Positions 40,569-41,045 of a stretch of 41,045 bases of DNA are shown here, piece after piece. The notes beneath the pieces are model-generated. The model saw only the letters and a program-made list of their open reading frames with translations. It was not told the origin of the DNA and did no database searches. Source of the DNA: Chloroflexota bacterium (GTDB taxonomy: Bacteria; Chloroflexota; Anaerolineae; Promineifilales; Promineifilaceae). Made by a program: the position numbers and the translations under genes. Position 1 is the first letter of the stretch, and every line of letters begins with the position of its first letter. Where the stretch lies: NCBI GenBank assembly GCA_041918535.1, contig JAYRVN010000330.1:1-41045 (forward strand), written 5' to 3'.

Positions 40569-41045
40569 CTAATCTCGATCCCCAAAAACCGCCTCCCGTC
40601 GTTCCTTTGCAAGTTCTCTATCTCGTTGAATAATGGCGTAAGCCCTCCCAATTTCACCAACCTCACGTATGCCAGGGTGCTCATGAGTGCACAGTCTATC
40701 GTATTGGTTGATCCGCTTTTGCCAAATGCCGGAGGTGTCGCCTGACCACCATTCTATGTCCATTCCGCTTGTTTTCCATATTGCAGTGGACACTCTTTCC
40801 GGCGAAATGTTGTGGCGAAGCGCAAGTATGGCCTTCTGCACCCACACAGCATCAATCTCTTCGCACGATAACGGCGCTAAACGATGGCTATCAAGCTGTC
40901 CTAGTTGAAGGAGATGTTCATACAGACCCAGATCGTCCCCGACGAGCAACTTAATCAATTCGGGAGAATTAAAGCTATGCCGAACCTTCTCTAGAAGGTT
41001 CTTGCGGGTATTTGCATCGACAACATTGACAGCAAAACTAACAAC
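40569..41045 (-). CDS. Hypothetical protein, 5'-partial (runs off the window edge)
   Basis: The frame stays open from 40569 to the window end; my translation upstream of the track's TTG start continues without a stop (VVSFAVNVVDANTRKNLLEKVRHSFNSPELIKLL...). GC content is visibly lower than in the rest of the window. No recognisable motif. Confidence 0.5.
   Translation of the reverse strand, partial: VVSFAVNVVDANTRKNLLEKVRHSFNSPELIKLLVGDDLGLYEHLLQLGQLDSHRLAPLSCEEIDAVWVQKAILALRHNISPERVSTAIWKTSGMDIEWWSGDTSGIWQKRINQYDRLCTHEHPGIREVGEIGRAYAIIQRDRELAKERREAVFGDRD

Noticed and set aside
40985-41004. Inverted repeat GAACCTTCT-CT-AGAAGGTTC near the window edge
   Set aside because: It lies inside an open reading frame, has short 9-bp arms and a 2-nt spacer, and is a single copy. 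There is no evidence that it is a transposon end or an operator.
1-41045. Search for mobile elements, prophage genes, tRNA/rRNA and CRISPR arrays
   Set aside because: No transposase, integrase, terminase or capsid-like translations appear in any frame. No cloverleaf-type or rRNA-like segments were noticed, and no spaced direct repeats were found.

Overview
High-GC bacterial chromosomal window. I recognise no rRNA, tRNA, CRISPR array, transposase or integrase. Positions 119-19511 form one co-directional minus-strand beta-1,3-glucan (laminarin-type) utilisation locus: an ABC sugar importer (binding lipoprotein plus two permeases), a 1467-aa secreted multidomain GH16 enzyme, a small GH16 lipoprotein, a 1155-aa cytoplasmic candidate glycoside phosphorylase (GH94-clan-like), two GH3 beta-glucosidases, and a divergent LacI-type regulator with two operator-like palindromes. 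The centre holds an MFS transporter and a dienelactone hydrolase / small protein / aldo-keto reductase trio. It also holds the most unusual element: a 1454-aa TIR-CHAT-STAND NTPase-TPR protein preceded on the same strand by a DA1-like zinc-finger metallopeptidase gene. I read this pair as a candidate two-gene immune/conflict system. The right part carries a YCII-like gene, two heterodimeric ABC exporter pairs flanking a P-type ATPase with a non-canonical M4 motif, and two decayed toxin-antitoxin cassettes (MazF-type and HicA-type toxins reduced to remnants) next to a duplicated copy of the ABC gene 3' end. The palindrome TCGGCCGA (WTCGGCCGAW) occurs 29 times across the window, far above composition expectation, like a HIP1-type highly iterated palindrome. 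Many long antisense ORFs in the supplied track are GC-driven shadow ORFs. All family assignments come from motif reading by eye; no database search was possible.
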